Origin: a bacterium
GTDB lineage: Bacteria; JAMCPX01
DNA: 64,000 nt
Assembly (NCBI GenBank): GCA_037439545.1
Contig: JBBIVV010000002.1
Location: forward strand, 1 to 64,000
Direction of reading: 5' to 3'
Shown here one piece after another: positions 20,221 through 30,758 of this stretch. The notes beneath the pieces were generated by a model. It saw only the letters and a program-made list of their open reading frames with translations. It ran no database searches and was not told the origin of the DNA. Each line of letters starts with the position of its first letter. Within the stretch, counting starts at the first letter, position 1. The position numbers and the translations under genes were made by a program.

Positions 20221-22365
20221 GTGGATAAAAAATTAGGCGTATATATATGTTCAGGATGTGACATAGCTGATTCGGTCGATGTTGAAAAATTAACCAAGGT
20301 CGGCACAGAAGAACAAAAAATACCTGTGTGCAGGATTCATCCCAATTTGTGCAACCAGGAGGGTGTCGGGATTATAAAAAAGGATATTCAGGAACAAGGG
20401 GTAAACGCTGTTGTGATAGGAGCATGTTCTCCACGCGTTCATTTTGATACCTTCTCATTTGATCCATCCGTCTATGTAGAAAGGGTTAATTTAAGAGAAC
20501 ATGTTGCATGGTCGCATGTGCCAAAGGAAGAAGACACACAGATGCTCGCAGAAGACTATGTAAGGATGGGTATCGTAAAGGCAAAAAAGGCAAACGTGCC
20601 GAAGCCGTATATAGAAAATATCAACAAGACGCTTCTTGTTATCGGCGGAGGCATAAGCGGCATCACTTCCGCAATTGAAGCTGCAAAAGCCGGATATAAG
20701 GTCATACTTGTAGAGAAAACGCCTGTGCTTGGCGGATGGATGCGCAGGTGGTACAAGCAGCTTCCGCAGAAGCCCCCGTACAAAGAACTTCAGGATGTTG
20801 ATATAGAAAACAAAATAAGTGATCTAAAAAAATACCCGGGTATCAAACTGTATACGTCTTCTGAAATAGAAAAGATCAGCGGCCAGCCCGGTATGTTCGA
20901 CGTTTCAATAAAACAGGACGGCAAGACGGTTACCGAGAAAGCCGGATCAGTAGTTATAGCAACAGGATGGAAGCCGTATGACGCATCAAAGATAGACGGG
21001 CTTGGATTTGGAAAATATTCCAATGTCATAAACAATGTAATAATGGAAGACATTGCAGTACAGGGTAAGGGGTCAATCAAGAGGCCATCCGACAATAAAG
21101 AAGTAAAGTCGGTTGTATTTGTTCAGTGTGCAGGATCAAGGGACAAGAATCATCTTCCCTACTGTTCCTCTGTGTGCTGTCTTGCATCCTTGAAACAGGC
21201 GTCGTACGTCAGGAGCAGTAATCCGGACGCAAAGGTTTATATAGTTTATAAAGACATGCGTACGCCGGGTCAATATGAAAATTTTTATAAAGATAAGCAG
21301 GCGGATGACGGAATATTTCTCACCAAGGGGGACATTTCCGGTATTACGGAAAACGCGGATAAATCTCTGAGAGTTAATGTTAAAAACACTTTGATTGGCG
21401 AGGATATCGATATAGACGCAGATATGGTTGTCCTTGCAACAGGCATGGTGCCTGCTACAGATGCAAGCATATTAAACCTCCAATACAGGCAGGGCAAGGA
21501 ATTGCCCATGCTGAAATACGGATTCCCGGATTCCAACTTTATCTGTTTTCCATACGAGACCCAGAGAACTGCTATCTATGCCGCGGGCTGTGTACGACAG
21601 CCGGCAGAGAGTAAGACATGCAAGGACGATGCTACCGGGGCAGCATTGAAGGCAATCCAGGCTGTGGAGCTTGAATCAGTAGGTTCTGCTGTGCATCCGA
21701 GGGCAGGCGATCTTTCCTATCCGATATTCTTCATGCAAAAATGCACTTCGTGCAAGAGATGTACAGAGGAATGTCCGTTTGGAGCAATTGATGAGGATGA
21801 GAAAGGAGCACCGAAGCCAAATCCGAACAGGTGCAGGCGATGTGGTGTATGTATGGGTGCATGTCCCGAAAGGATCGTGTCATTTGATAACTATTCTGTG
21901 GATATAGTATCCTCAATGATCAAATCGATAGAAGTGCCGGGCGAAGAAGACGAGAAACTCAGGATAATTGCACTTGCATGTGAAAATGATGCTTATCCGG
22001 CATTTGATATTGCAGGCGTCAACCGCACTCTCTATAATCCGAATATGAGAATCATACCTGTCCGGTGTCTTGGATCGGTGAATATCGTATGGATAGCAGA
22101 TGCACTCTCAAAAGGTATAGACGGGATAATGCTTATTGGATGTAAGTATGGTGACGATTACCAGTGCCATTTTATAAAAGGCAGTGAGCTTGCCAACAAA
22201 AGGATGGAAAACCTCAAAGAAGTGCTTCAAAGGCTGGTACTCGAACCTGAAAGAGTTAAGGTTATGCAACTCGAAATCTCCGATTACGACAGGATTCCGG
22301 AGCTCATGAACGACTTTATGGCAAAGGTCAACGAACTCGGGCCAAATCCATATAAGAGCTTTTAA
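20221..22365 (+). CDS. qmoB: QmoB (HdrA-like + ferredoxin + MvhD/FlpD domain)
   Basis: GACSPR, DSNFICFPYET, CTSCKRCTEECPFG, CRRCGVCMGACP, ACENDAYPA, VRCLGS, GCKYGDDYQCHF. Confidence 0.96.
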   Translation: MDKKLGVYICSGCDIADSVDVEKLTKVGTEEQKIPVCRIHPNLCNQEGVGIIKKDIQEQGVNAVVIGACSPRVHFDTFSFDPSVYVERVNLREHVAWSHVPKEEDTQMLAEDYVRMGIVKAKKANVPKPYIENINKTLLVIGGGISGITSAIEAAKAGYKVILVEKTPVLGGWMRRWYKQLPQKPPYKELQDVDIENKISDLKKYPGIKLYTSSEIEKISGQPGMFDVSIKQDGKTVTEKAGSVVIATGWKPYDASKIDGLGFGKYSNVINNVIMEDIAVQGKGSIKRPSDNKEVKSVVFVQCAGSRDKNHLPYCSSVCCLASLKQASYVRSSNPDAKVYIVYKDMRTPGQYENFYKDKQADDGIFLTKGDISGITENADKSLRVNVKNTLIGEDIDIDADMVVLATGMVPATDASILNLQYRQGKELPMLKYGFPDSNFICFPYETQRTAIYAAGCVRQPAESKTCKDDATGAALKAIQAVELESVGSAVHPRAGDLSYPIFFMQKCTSCKRCTEECPFGAIDEDEKGAPKPNPNRCRRCGVCMGACPERIVSFDNYSVDIVSSMIKSIEVPGEEDEKLRIIALACENDAYPAFDIAGVNRTLYNPNMRIIPVRCLGSVNIVWIADALSKGIDGIMLIGCKYGDDYQCHFIKGSELANKRMENLKEVLQRLVLEPERVKVMQLEISDYDRIPELMNDFMAKVNELGPNPYKSF

Positions 22366-22377
22366 AAAGAGGTAACT

Positions 22378-23541
22378 ATGGCTAATAATATTATAGAAAC
22401 CGACATTGATTTTATAAAAGATATTAAAAAATTGGGCGGCAGTTCTTTAAAGAACTGTTTTCAGTGTGCGACCTGCTCCGTTGTATGTTCATTATCATCG
22501 GATGACAAACCTTTTCCCCGGAAAGAAATGATTTGGGCACAATGGGGTTTAAAGGATAAACTTCTTTCGGACCCTGATGTATGGAGATGCTATCAATGCG
22601 GCGATTGCACTGTTTATTGTCCAAGAGGTGCCAAACCCGGAGAGGTGATGGGCGCTGTCAGAAATTACAGCTTTATGCATTATGCTGTTCCTGGATTTAT
22701 GGGTAAAGCACTCGGCAGTGCAAAATACCTTCCCCTGCTCCTTGCAGTGCCGGTAATTCTATTTCTGGTTGTGCTCCAGCTTATGGGTGCGCTTTCTGCC
22801 GTTCCTGCCGGTCCTATTGCTTTTACCAGATTCGACAACTACGTTGACGCGATCTTTATAATTGTGAGTGTACTGGTCATTATAGCAATAGCAACCGGAA
22901 TCTCGAGATTCTGGAAAAATATGGACAAGAACAATCCGCATAATGGGAACTATGGCAGGGCAGGCATAGTAAACAGTATCATAGCAGCGGCAAGCGAGGT
23001 CCTTACTCACAGGAACTTTAAAAAATGCGATGCAAACAATATGCGATACACTGGACACCTCGCAATCTTTTACGGATTTATAGCGCTGTTTATTGTCACC
23101 GCTATCGTGTTTATTGGCGACCGCGTGTTTCAAATGGAGCTGCCCATGAGCCAGATGAATCCAGTAAAAATACTGGGCAATCTCGGAGCTGTTGCATTGA
23201 TTCTTGGATGCGCGATAGCCGTTTACAACAGAGTGAGCCGGAAGAAACAGTCCGGTGAAAGCTATTATTACGACTGGCTTTTTCTGGGCATTTTGTCTTT
23301 GATCGGCGTAACAGGACTCCTCTCAGAGCTTATAAGGCTATCAGGCAATGCTCCTGCAGCATACTGGACTTACTTTATTCATCTGACATTTGTATTTTTC
23401 CTTATTGGCTATTTTCCCTATTCCAAGTTTGCACACCTTATTTATAGATTTGTGGCCATTGTATATGCACGGTATGCAGGATTGAGTGAACCTGCTGAAG
23501 AGGCCGTATCCGGGAACATAGAAACAAAAAGTATTGCATAA
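22378..23541 (+). CDS. qmoC: QmoC (HdrC-like FeS + HdrE-like membrane cytochrome b)
   Basis: CFQCATCSVVC, PFPRKEMIWAQWG, CYQCGDCTVYCPRGA, transmembrane helices, PYSKFAH. Confidence 0.95.
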   Translation: MANNIIETDIDFIKDIKKLGGSSLKNCFQCATCSVVCSLSSDDKPFPRKEMIWAQWGLKDKLLSDPDVWRCYQCGDCTVYCPRGAKPGEVMGAVRNYSFMHYAVPGFMGKALGSAKYLPLLLAVPVILFLVVLQLMGALSAVPAGPIAFTRFDNYVDAIFIIVSVLVIIAIATGISRFWKNMDKNNPHNGNYGRAGIVNSIIAAASEVLTHRNFKKCDANNMRYTGHLAIFYGFIALFIVTAIVFIGDRVFQMELPMSQMNPVKILGNLGAVALILGCAIAVYNRVSRKKQSGESYYYDWLFLGILSLIGVTGLLSELIRLSGNAPAAYWTYFIHLTFVFFLIGYFPYSKFAHLIYRFVAIVYARYAGLSEPAEEAVSGNIETKSIA

Positions 23542-23594
23542 CGTGTATCTATCCTACTGAAGGAGTACATGAGGCAGGATAAAAAACCAAACAG

Positions 23595-23777
23595 ATGGAT
23601 ATTCTAAACTGGATAGCTCAAATATCACAAAGCACCACACCGGGGAGAGGATTCCATCCACAGTGGATCTATATTGTTTTTTCTGTTTTTGTTCCGGCTA
23701 CGATAGGCGCAATGGTAACACTATGTATCATGCTGCTTGAGAAGGTATTCAACATACGCATAGGCGGGGGGCATTAA
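23595..23777 (+). CDS. Small membrane protein abutting TauE
   Basis: 60 aa, hydrophobic stretch, C-terminal GGGH; stop directly adjacent to the TauE GTG. Confidence 0.6.
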   Translation: MDILNWIAQISQSTTPGRGFHPQWIYIVFSVFVPATIGAMVTLCIMLLEKVFNIRIGGGH

Positions 23778-24737
23778 GTGTTCAGTATATACCTGCCCAT
23801 TGCACACGTGCATATAAGTCTTTTCTGGATACTGTTATTTGGGTTTATTGTAGGAGGTATGGCGGGGTTCTTCGGCGTTGGCGGTGGATTTCTTATTACG
23901 CCAATGCTCAATGCAATTTTTGGCGTCCCTTATCCGGTTGCAGTAGGCTCAAGCCTTTCGCTTCTTGTAGGCATAACAGTTGCATCAACCATCAGGCACA
24001 GCAAATACGGCAACATTGATTATAAGCTCGGTCTTGTAATGGTCATAGGTACAGCAGTTGGCGTAGATGCCGGTGCAAGACTTCTCAATGTCATCAAAGG
24101 ATTGCAGAATATCCTGTTTGCCGGCACAGGTTCTCATATAGACTTGCTTGAACTTGTACTCAGTGTATCCTACATTGTTATGTTAAGCTTGATAGGATTG
24201 TCTATCTTCAAGGAATCGCTGAGTACGATGAAGATGACAAAAAGTGCGGCAATTGGGACGCATGTTTCGGGAGAACCCGAAGCGTCCGCCGGTGTAAAGA
24301 GAATACGGGCGATAAAACTCAAACCCATGATCAAGTTCGATGCATCGGGCATTACGGGTATATCTGTATGGGTAATCATGGGTATTGCCTTTGCTACCGG
24401 CGTGCTCAGTGGTTTTATGGGCATTGGCGGCGGGTTTATAATGATGCCTGCTCTCATATACATCATTGGATGCCCAACGGTAATTGCCGTTGGAACAAGT
24501 CTTTTCGGCATACTTTTTACTGCAGCATACGGAGCATTTACCTATTCAATGGAAGGCAATATAGACCTTGTACTGGTGGTTTCCCTTCTTATAAGTTCAA
24601 CAATAGGCTCTGTTATAGGGGCATCATTCACGAGAAAGGCAGGGGGCCCGAGCGTAAGAATGTTGTTTTCGGTGATTGCATTCATTGCCGTCATAATTGT
24701 AGGACTCAAGCTTGGTGTCACGCTGTTGCACGGATAA
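23778..24737 (+). CDS. TauE/SafE (TSUP) family sulfur-oxyanion transporter, copy 1
   Basis: GFFGVGGGFLITPML, AVGSSL, RHSKYGNIDYKLG, GFMGIGGGFIMMP..IY..G.PT..AVGTSL. Confidence 0.9.
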   Translation: MFSIYLPIAHVHISLFWILLFGFIVGGMAGFFGVGGGFLITPMLNAIFGVPYPVAVGSSLSLLVGITVASTIRHSKYGNIDYKLGLVMVIGTAVGVDAGARLLNVIKGLQNILFAGTGSHIDLLELVLSVSYIVMLSLIGLSIFKESLSTMKMTKSAAIGTHVSGEPEASAGVKRIRAIKLKPMIKFDASGITGISVWVIMGIAFATGVLSGFMGIGGGFIMMPALIYIIGCPTVIAVGTSLFGILFTAAYGAFTYSMEGNIDLVLVVSLLISSTIGSVIGASFTRKAGGPSVRMLFSVIAFIAVIIVGLKLGVTLLHG

Positions 24738-24794
24738 TTTTTCTTTAAATTCTTTTTTAACTATACTACACTGTTTGGGAAAGCAGAGGTTTGC

Positions 24795-27317
24795 GTGATA
24801 TTAAGAATTAACCTTTTTAAGGAAAGATCATCTATCGATAAAATTGCTCTGCAGCTAAAGTATACGAGTTATTTGAAGCTGCTGTCAGAGAACGAACTCG
24901 TTCTCCGAATCATAGCAGAACTGAAAGAAAAAACATCCGGTGACGAACCATTTGAAATAGGATATCTGCGCTTAAACACAGAAACGATCCTGGCGGTCAT
25001 TAAGAAGATTATCGGCCTGCTTAACAGATTATCGAACAACAAATATGATGAATTAAGCACTACGTACGAAAATATTAAAACAAACATTGAACGGGCACTC
25101 TCAAAGAAAAAAGATATTCCGGTCGATGAACTGATAGTGGATTATGACAGTATAACCAGGGAGAGGCTCGATAGTGTCGGAGGCAAGAATGCGCAACTCG
25201 GTGAAATTAGAAATAAGCTTCATGCACCTGTCCCGGAAGGTTTTGCAATAACTGCATACGCGTATAAACAATTCCTTGAATACAACCAGATTGCGAAAAA
25301 GATACACTCCATGCTTGCCGGACTGGATATGAATGATTTCGAAAGCACTGCATTTGTCAGCAAGCAGATTCAAACGGCAATCATGAATGCCAGACTGCAG
25401 CCGGAGCTGGAAAAAGCCATAGAAGGGAGATGTGCCGGATATGTTGAGAAATTCACAAACAGCGTTTTGTTTTCAGTAAGAAGCAGTGCAGTAGGTGAAA
25501 GCACAGAATTCAGTTTTGCAGGACAATATTCAACCTTCCTTGGTGTGTCATCACCGGATATACCCCTTTACTATAAAGAGATTGTTGCAAGTAAATTTGC
25601 GCCAAGGGCACTTTTTTATCTTACGAACAGGGGATTCAGAGAGGATGATATAGCGATGAGCGCAGGGTGTATGGTTATGGTTAATGCAAAGTCAAGCGGT
25701 GTCATACACACAATCAACCCATTTTATCCGGATGAAGACAGAATGATTATAAATTCAATATTCGGACTCGGGAAATATATCGTCGAAGGAGATGTCCCGC
25801 CGGATCTGTTCGAAGTATCAAAATCAGGGGGCAGTATTATTCAATCAAAAGTGGCCCATAAACCGAGAATGCTGGTCCTCAATGAAAATAGAACAGGCGC
25901 AATGGCCGGGGTAACTGAAAAAGAAGTGCCCGGTGAATTGATGGATGCTCCATCGCTTACCGGCACACAGATCAAAGAGCTTGCACACTATGCCGTAGTA
26001 CTCGAGGATCATTATCAGCAGCCCCAGATTATTGAGTGGGCGTATGATTATAATGACAGGCTCTTTATCTTACAGACAAGCCCGCTCATTATGCTGAAGC
26101 ACGATGTACGGCACATCAACATTGATCTTTCTAAAAACAGACTGCTTGTGGAACAGGCTGTTACTGCATCGTCGGGTACCGGCTATGGACCTGTTTTCTT
26201 TGTAAACAATGATGAAGACATCGCCCGTTTTCCAAACGGAGCTGTCATGGTCACACGGCATTCTTCACCGAGATATGTCGGCGTTATGAACCGTGCAAAG
26301 GCAATAATTGCCGAGGTAGGCAGTCCGACAGGGCACATGGCAACGCTTGCGAGAGAGTTTCAAATACCGACAATTGTCAACGCCCACGATGCGACTGGTG
26401 TTCTGAAACAGGGGATGAATATAAGCGTAGACGCTGATCACGGACGCGTTTATGAAGGCTATGCGGATGAGTTGTTTAAGGCACCGTACATAAAAAGGGG
26501 TATATTTAAGGACACCCCGGTGTTCGTCATCATGAAAGAGGTACTCGAACACATTACTCCGCTGAACCTTATCGATCCTAATACCCCTGATTTTAATATA
26601 AGTTCAATACGCACCCTGCATGATATAATAAGATTTGCACATCAGGCAGCTATGAACGAGATGTTCCTCGTGGCGCAGCATGTTACGGATGATTCCGTCG
26701 CTTCCGTAAGACTTCAAACGGCATCGCAGTTCAGAGTTTACATTATAGATCTTGGAGACGGCATAAAAAGTGAAAAGAACGTGTCGGAATCTTCGATTGC
26801 GTCCATTCCCTTTTCTGCTTTCTGGAAAGGCATAAACATGGAAGAGACTGGTCCAAAGCCTATGAGCGGGGACGGGTTCTTATCAGTCGTTATGAACACA
26901 ATGGCGAATCCCAAACTTCAGGAAAGACTGTACGAAAAAAATCTTGCGCTGATAAGCAGGGAATATATGAATTTCAATATAAGGATGGGGTATCACCTGT
27001 CGACCATAGAAGGGTTATGTACAAAAGAAACGCATGATAACTATATACGGTTTATTTTCCAGGGCGGCGGCGCAGATATCGAAAGACGGATAAAAAGGGC
27101 ACAGGTCATAGCAACAATACTACGGCAGTATCAGTTCCGTGTAAAACAAACAGAAGATATGATCAGAGCCATATACACAAAATGCGAACAGAATAAATTC
27201 GAAGAGCTTATGAAGATGCTGGGAAGATTGACTATTTACACAAAACAGCTTGATATGCTTATGGAGAGCAGTAAAAACGCGGTTGAGAATTATGCCGGAA
27301 CTTTTTTAAAGCAATGA
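24795..27317 (+). CDS. PEP-synthase-like protein #1 (ATP-grasp + phospho-His domain + non-canonical C-terminal domain)
   Basis: GGKNAQLGE, VPEGFAIT, VRSSA...SFAGQY, TGHMATLARE, DIIRFAHQ, RMGYHLST. Confidence 0.85.
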   Translation: MILRINLFKERSSIDKIALQLKYTSYLKLLSENELVLRIIAELKEKTSGDEPFEIGYLRLNTETILAVIKKIIGLLNRLSNNKYDELSTTYENIKTNIERALSKKKDIPVDELIVDYDSITRERLDSVGGKNAQLGEIRNKLHAPVPEGFAITAYAYKQFLEYNQIAKKIHSMLAGLDMNDFESTAFVSKQIQTAIMNARLQPELEKAIEGRCAGYVEKFTNSVLFSVRSSAVGESTEFSFAGQYSTFLGVSSPDIPLYYKEIVASKFAPRALFYLTNRGFREDDIAMSAGCMVMVNAKSSGVIHTINPFYPDEDRMIINSIFGLGKYIVEGDVPPDLFEVSKSGGSIIQSKVAHKPRMLVLNENRTGAMAGVTEKEVPGELMDAPSLTGTQIKELAHYAVVLEDHYQQPQIIEWAYDYNDRLFILQTSPLIMLKHDVRHINIDLSKNRLLVEQAVTASSGTGYGPVFFVNNDEDIARFPNGAVMVTRHSSPRYVGVMNRAKAIIAEVGSPTGHMATLAREFQIPTIVNAHDATGVLKQGMNISVDADHGRVYEGYADELFKAPYIKRGIFKDTPVFVIMKEVLEHITPLNLIDPNTPDFNISSIRTLHDIIRFAHQAAMNEMFLVAQHVTDDSVASVRLQTASQFRVYIIDLGDGIKSEKNVSESSIASIPFSAFWKGINMEETGPKPMSGDGFLSVVMNTMANPKLQERLYEKNLALISREYMNFNIRMGYHLSTIEGLCTKETHDNYIRFIFQGGGADIERRIKRAQVIATILRQYQFRVKQTEDMIRAIYTKCEQNKFEELMKMLGRLTIYTKQLDMLMESSKNAVENYAGTFLKQ

Positions 27318-27339
27318 TGCATGTTTAAGAGAGGGAAAA

Positions 27340-28071
27340 ATGAGTATAACACTTTACAGTAAATTCAGTTTTTCATGTAACAAGGATTTAAAATGTTTTA
27401 CGCGATGCTGCAGGAATGTAAATATTTTTCTGACACCGTATGACGTTCTGCGCATGAAGAATAATCTGGGCATTTCATCCGGTGAATTTCTCGAGAAATA
27501 TACGAGCACACTGGTAAGCGACAGCTTCAGCTTACCTGTTGTCCTCTTAAAAATGAACGATGACAAGGATAAATCCTGCCGGTTCCTGACACAGGAAGGA
27601 TGCAGCATATATGAAGACAGACCATGGTCATGCCGTATGTACCCGCTCGATAAAGCAGGCGAGGACGACGATGAATTCAAGCTTATCGTACAAGATACAT
27701 TCTGCTTCGGATTGAAGGAAGAAAAACAGTGGGTCGTGGAAGACTGGTTCGTTGATCAGGGCTTAATAGCGTACGACACGCTGAACCAGCTTTTTTCCCA
27801 GGTAGCAGACGCAGAGGATTTATGGAAAGATAAAATTCCCGATAAATCGGTGATAGATATGTTTTACATGACCTGCTACAATATCGATAAGTTCAGAAAA
27901 TTCGTTTTCGAGAGCAATTTCTTAAATCTGTTTGAGATCGATCCGATGATCAAAGAACTTATCGCAAAGGATGATCTGGAACTGCTCAAATTCGGGTTTA
28001 AATGGCTCAGATTCGGCTTATTCGGCGATAGGACACTGGTGTTAAAAAAAGACGCAATCAAAAAGAAGTGA
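27340..28071 (+). CDS. YkgJ/CxxCxxCC family cysteine-cluster protein
   Basis: FSC....CFTRCC, LTPYD, C.FL...GCSIYEDRPWSCRMYP. Confidence 0.85.
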   Translation: MSITLYSKFSFSCNKDLKCFTRCCRNVNIFLTPYDVLRMKNNLGISSGEFLEKYTSTLVSDSFSLPVVLLKMNDDKDKSCRFLTQEGCSIYEDRPWSCRMYPLDKAGEDDDEFKLIVQDTFCFGLKEEKQWVVEDWFVDQGLIAYDTLNQLFSQVADAEDLWKDKIPDKSVIDMFYMTCYNIDKFRKFVFESNFLNLFEIDPMIKELIAKDDLELLKFGFKWLRFGLFGDRTLVLKKDAIKKK

Positions 28072-28160
28072 TTTTTGATCCGCCGGGGAACACGCGCGGA
28101 TTATGATAAAGGCTTCAATCATATACCGTAAACAGAGGATTTTTTTACTGAGGAAATTAA

Positions 28161-30758
28161 CTATTTGAATTCGAAGTTATAGTTCCCTTCGAGAAAGGCT
28201 TTGGTAAACCATTCGACGCTTGCATCCGTCGTCATAAGCATATCAAGATGCAAAGCGCAGAGTGTCAGTTTGCCGAGCATCTCCAGCTTTTCCTCTATTG
28301 TTTTCCTGTCATACTTTCGCATATAAGCCGTGACGCGATCCCCTGTTGTTTCCGTAACGAATCCAATGGCGTTCAGTACACCCCTGAGGAACCTTATCCG
28401 TCTCATTCTCCTTATATCTTCGGACGCCCCTCCCTGAAAGTAGAAGGTAATATAATTGTTGTTCTTAATATCATCGCAGTAAGAATCAATAGTGCTGAAA
28501 TGATATCCGACCCTTGAATTAAAATTAAAATAATTTTTTGAAATTGCCGCGTAGGTGCGTCTGCCGATAGGTTTTGTATGGTCCTCGATACTGGCAGCAT
28601 GGGAAGATAAAACTGAAAAGAAGCCTTTGATGTCAATCCTCCTTGGTTCCCACCATTTTATATTCTTGTTCATCAAACCTTTCATGAACGCATGAAAAGG
28701 CACAGAATCGATATTGTCGACCCCGGCCCTTCCTTTATGAAGGTTGTCTTTTAGTCCATTGCCTATATCTATGATATACAGATCAACCGGCAGGCGTATC
28801 CCGGCCTTTATTGCAGTTGTATGCTCGGATATATTATCACAGGTGTAAAACATGCTTGAGATAGCTTTTTCATGGCAATACCTGATAAGGTCGTGTATTG
28901 TTTTACACGATTCAGGCACAAAGTCTTTGGCGGCAGGATCGGTTAAATGAAGCGGCGTAATAAGTCCTGCAACCTTTTGCAGCATTTGATAAACAGGCGT
29001 GCCTTTCATAAATGAAGGTGCCGTGATCTCCTTTTCCATAGACTGTTTCACAATGCCCTTGTAGACAAAGAGTGAACCGGCATCAACTGTAATCTCATCC
29101 CCATGGTGTATGACCGATGTGGAATTTACTGCATCGGTAATGGTCGGAATATTGAACTCTCTTGCCATTGATGCCATGTGTCCGGATATGCCGCCTGTAT
29201 CGGTAACGATGGCTTTTACTTTGCCCATGATCCTGACCAATGCAGGCGATGCATGCGGTGCAACAAGTACCGATCCTTCCGGCACATGGATTATGTCCTG
29301 TTCGTTCATCAAAACAAATGCCCTGCCGCTTCCTATGCCAGGACAAACGATACTTCCTCGATCAAGCACTACAGGGTAACCCTGATATTTTTTCCTGTGC
29401 TTTGCCATGCCCGGAGAAAACCTTAATTGCCTCGATTGCAGTATAAAAAAACGATCCTGCCGATCTATGCACCATTCTATGTCCTGGGGCGCATTATAAT
29501 GCTTTTCTATGGTTAGCGCCTTTTTAGCGATGTCCAATGCCTGTTCATCGGTAAGGCATGGCAGATTTTTTTCACTGCTCCCGACCGCAACAGTATCAAC
29601 GCCTTTTACCGGGTTTGTTGTCAGCATATAGTTCTTTTCTGCTATGTGTTTCTTCACTACCTTCATACTGCTGCGGTCTATGATATGAGCATCCGGGGTC
29701 ACTGTTCCATCCACCGCAAATTTGCCAAGTCCCCTGACAGCATTGATAATGACCGTATTGCTGCGGGGATTATTCGGATCCAAGGTATAAATTATGCCTG
29801 CGGTTTTTGCATCGATCATCTCGATACATCCAACGCCCATTCGGATCTGGGCGCCTAATAAACCCTTATGATACCGGTACATGATTGCCGGCACACAGTA
29901 CAGGCTTGCGATGACCTGTTTATATGCATTAGGGATTTCCTGTTTTGTAATATTGAGTACGGTTGTATACTGGCCTGCAAATGATAAGTCACCGTCTTCG
30001 TTTACCGCACTGCTCCTCATAGCCACATGGACGGTTTTTTTAACCTCACGGCACAAGTCGTCATACGCATCTCCGAGAGCACGTAAAAGCCCCTCCGGTA
30101 TATCAGAATCTATAATCATCGACTGTATTTCTTTACTCACAGCGTCAACGTTTACTTGATTGGTGAGTTCCAGTATGCTGAGCTTTTTATGTATTCGTTC
30201 ATAAAGATTGTTCCCCGACCCATCCCTTGGACGGGTGCCCACAAAAGCGTCGAACACATTTGTGGTAATAGCAAATCCATCGGGTACAAGAAGCCCTATA
30301 TTGTTTCGTATTTCTCCGAGGTTTGCGTTCTTGCCGCCGACATCATCCAATAAGCTCCGCGTTATTTTTTTATACGGGACAACAAAGCCTGCGGAAGATG
30401 GCATGTGTTCGCAATAAACTTCCCTGTCGATCTTCCCGTTTATGCTGTCAAGCACCTGGTATAAGACGGCGTACTGATTATTCGCAACATGATTCAGTGC
30501 CTTTATCACCTGGAATGCAGATAAATTAATCCTGTCTGCGGCAAGTTTAATATAATCGCTGCCAAAAGCATGATTGCCCGAAAGTTTGTCCTCGATCTCT
30601 GCAATAAGCTTTAAGGCATCATTATTATAGTAAAGTAATTCCTGAAAATAGTTGTACCTGTGTACGAGGGAATGAAGCGGATCCGTATTGGATGTTTTCT
30701 TTCTGGATAAGCGGGTAAGTGCAGCGGTGCGCAGTCTTTTAAAAATCTTACGAATCAT
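28161..30758 (-). CDS. PEP-synthase-like protein #2
   Basis: GGKNANLGE, MRSSAVNED..SFAGQY, QDIEW....LQSR, SGHMASMARE, DLIRYCHE, RVGYHFST. Confidence 0.87.
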   Translation of the reverse strand: MIRKIFKRLRTAALTRLSRKKTSNTDPLHSLVHRYNYFQELLYYNNDALKLIAEIEDKLSGNHAFGSDYIKLAADRINLSAFQVIKALNHVANNQYAVLYQVLDSINGKIDREVYCEHMPSSAGFVVPYKKITRSLLDDVGGKNANLGEIRNNIGLLVPDGFAITTNVFDAFVGTRPRDGSGNNLYERIHKKLSILELTNQVNVDAVSKEIQSMIIDSDIPEGLLRALGDAYDDLCREVKKTVHVAMRSSAVNEDGDLSFAGQYTTVLNITKQEIPNAYKQVIASLYCVPAIMYRYHKGLLGAQIRMGVGCIEMIDAKTAGIIYTLDPNNPRSNTVIINAVRGLGKFAVDGTVTPDAHIIDRSSMKVVKKHIAEKNYMLTTNPVKGVDTVAVGSSEKNLPCLTDEQALDIAKKALTIEKHYNAPQDIEWCIDRQDRFFILQSRQLRFSPGMAKHRKKYQGYPVVLDRGSIVCPGIGSGRAFVLMNEQDIIHVPEGSVLVAPHASPALVRIMGKVKAIVTDTGGISGHMASMAREFNIPTITDAVNSTSVIHHGDEITVDAGSLFVYKGIVKQSMEKEITAPSFMKGTPVYQMLQKVAGLITPLHLTDPAAKDFVPESCKTIHDLIRYCHEKAISSMFYTCDNISEHTTAIKAGIRLPVDLYIIDIGNGLKDNLHKGRAGVDNIDSVPFHAFMKGLMNKNIKWWEPRRIDIKGFFSVLSSHAASIEDHTKPIGRRTYAAISKNYFNFNSRVGYHFSTIDSYCDDIKNNNYITFYFQGGASEDIRRMRRIRFLRGVLNAIGFVTETTGDRVTAYMRKYDRKTIEEKLEMLGKLTLCALHLDMLMTTDASVEWFTKAFLEGNYNFEFK

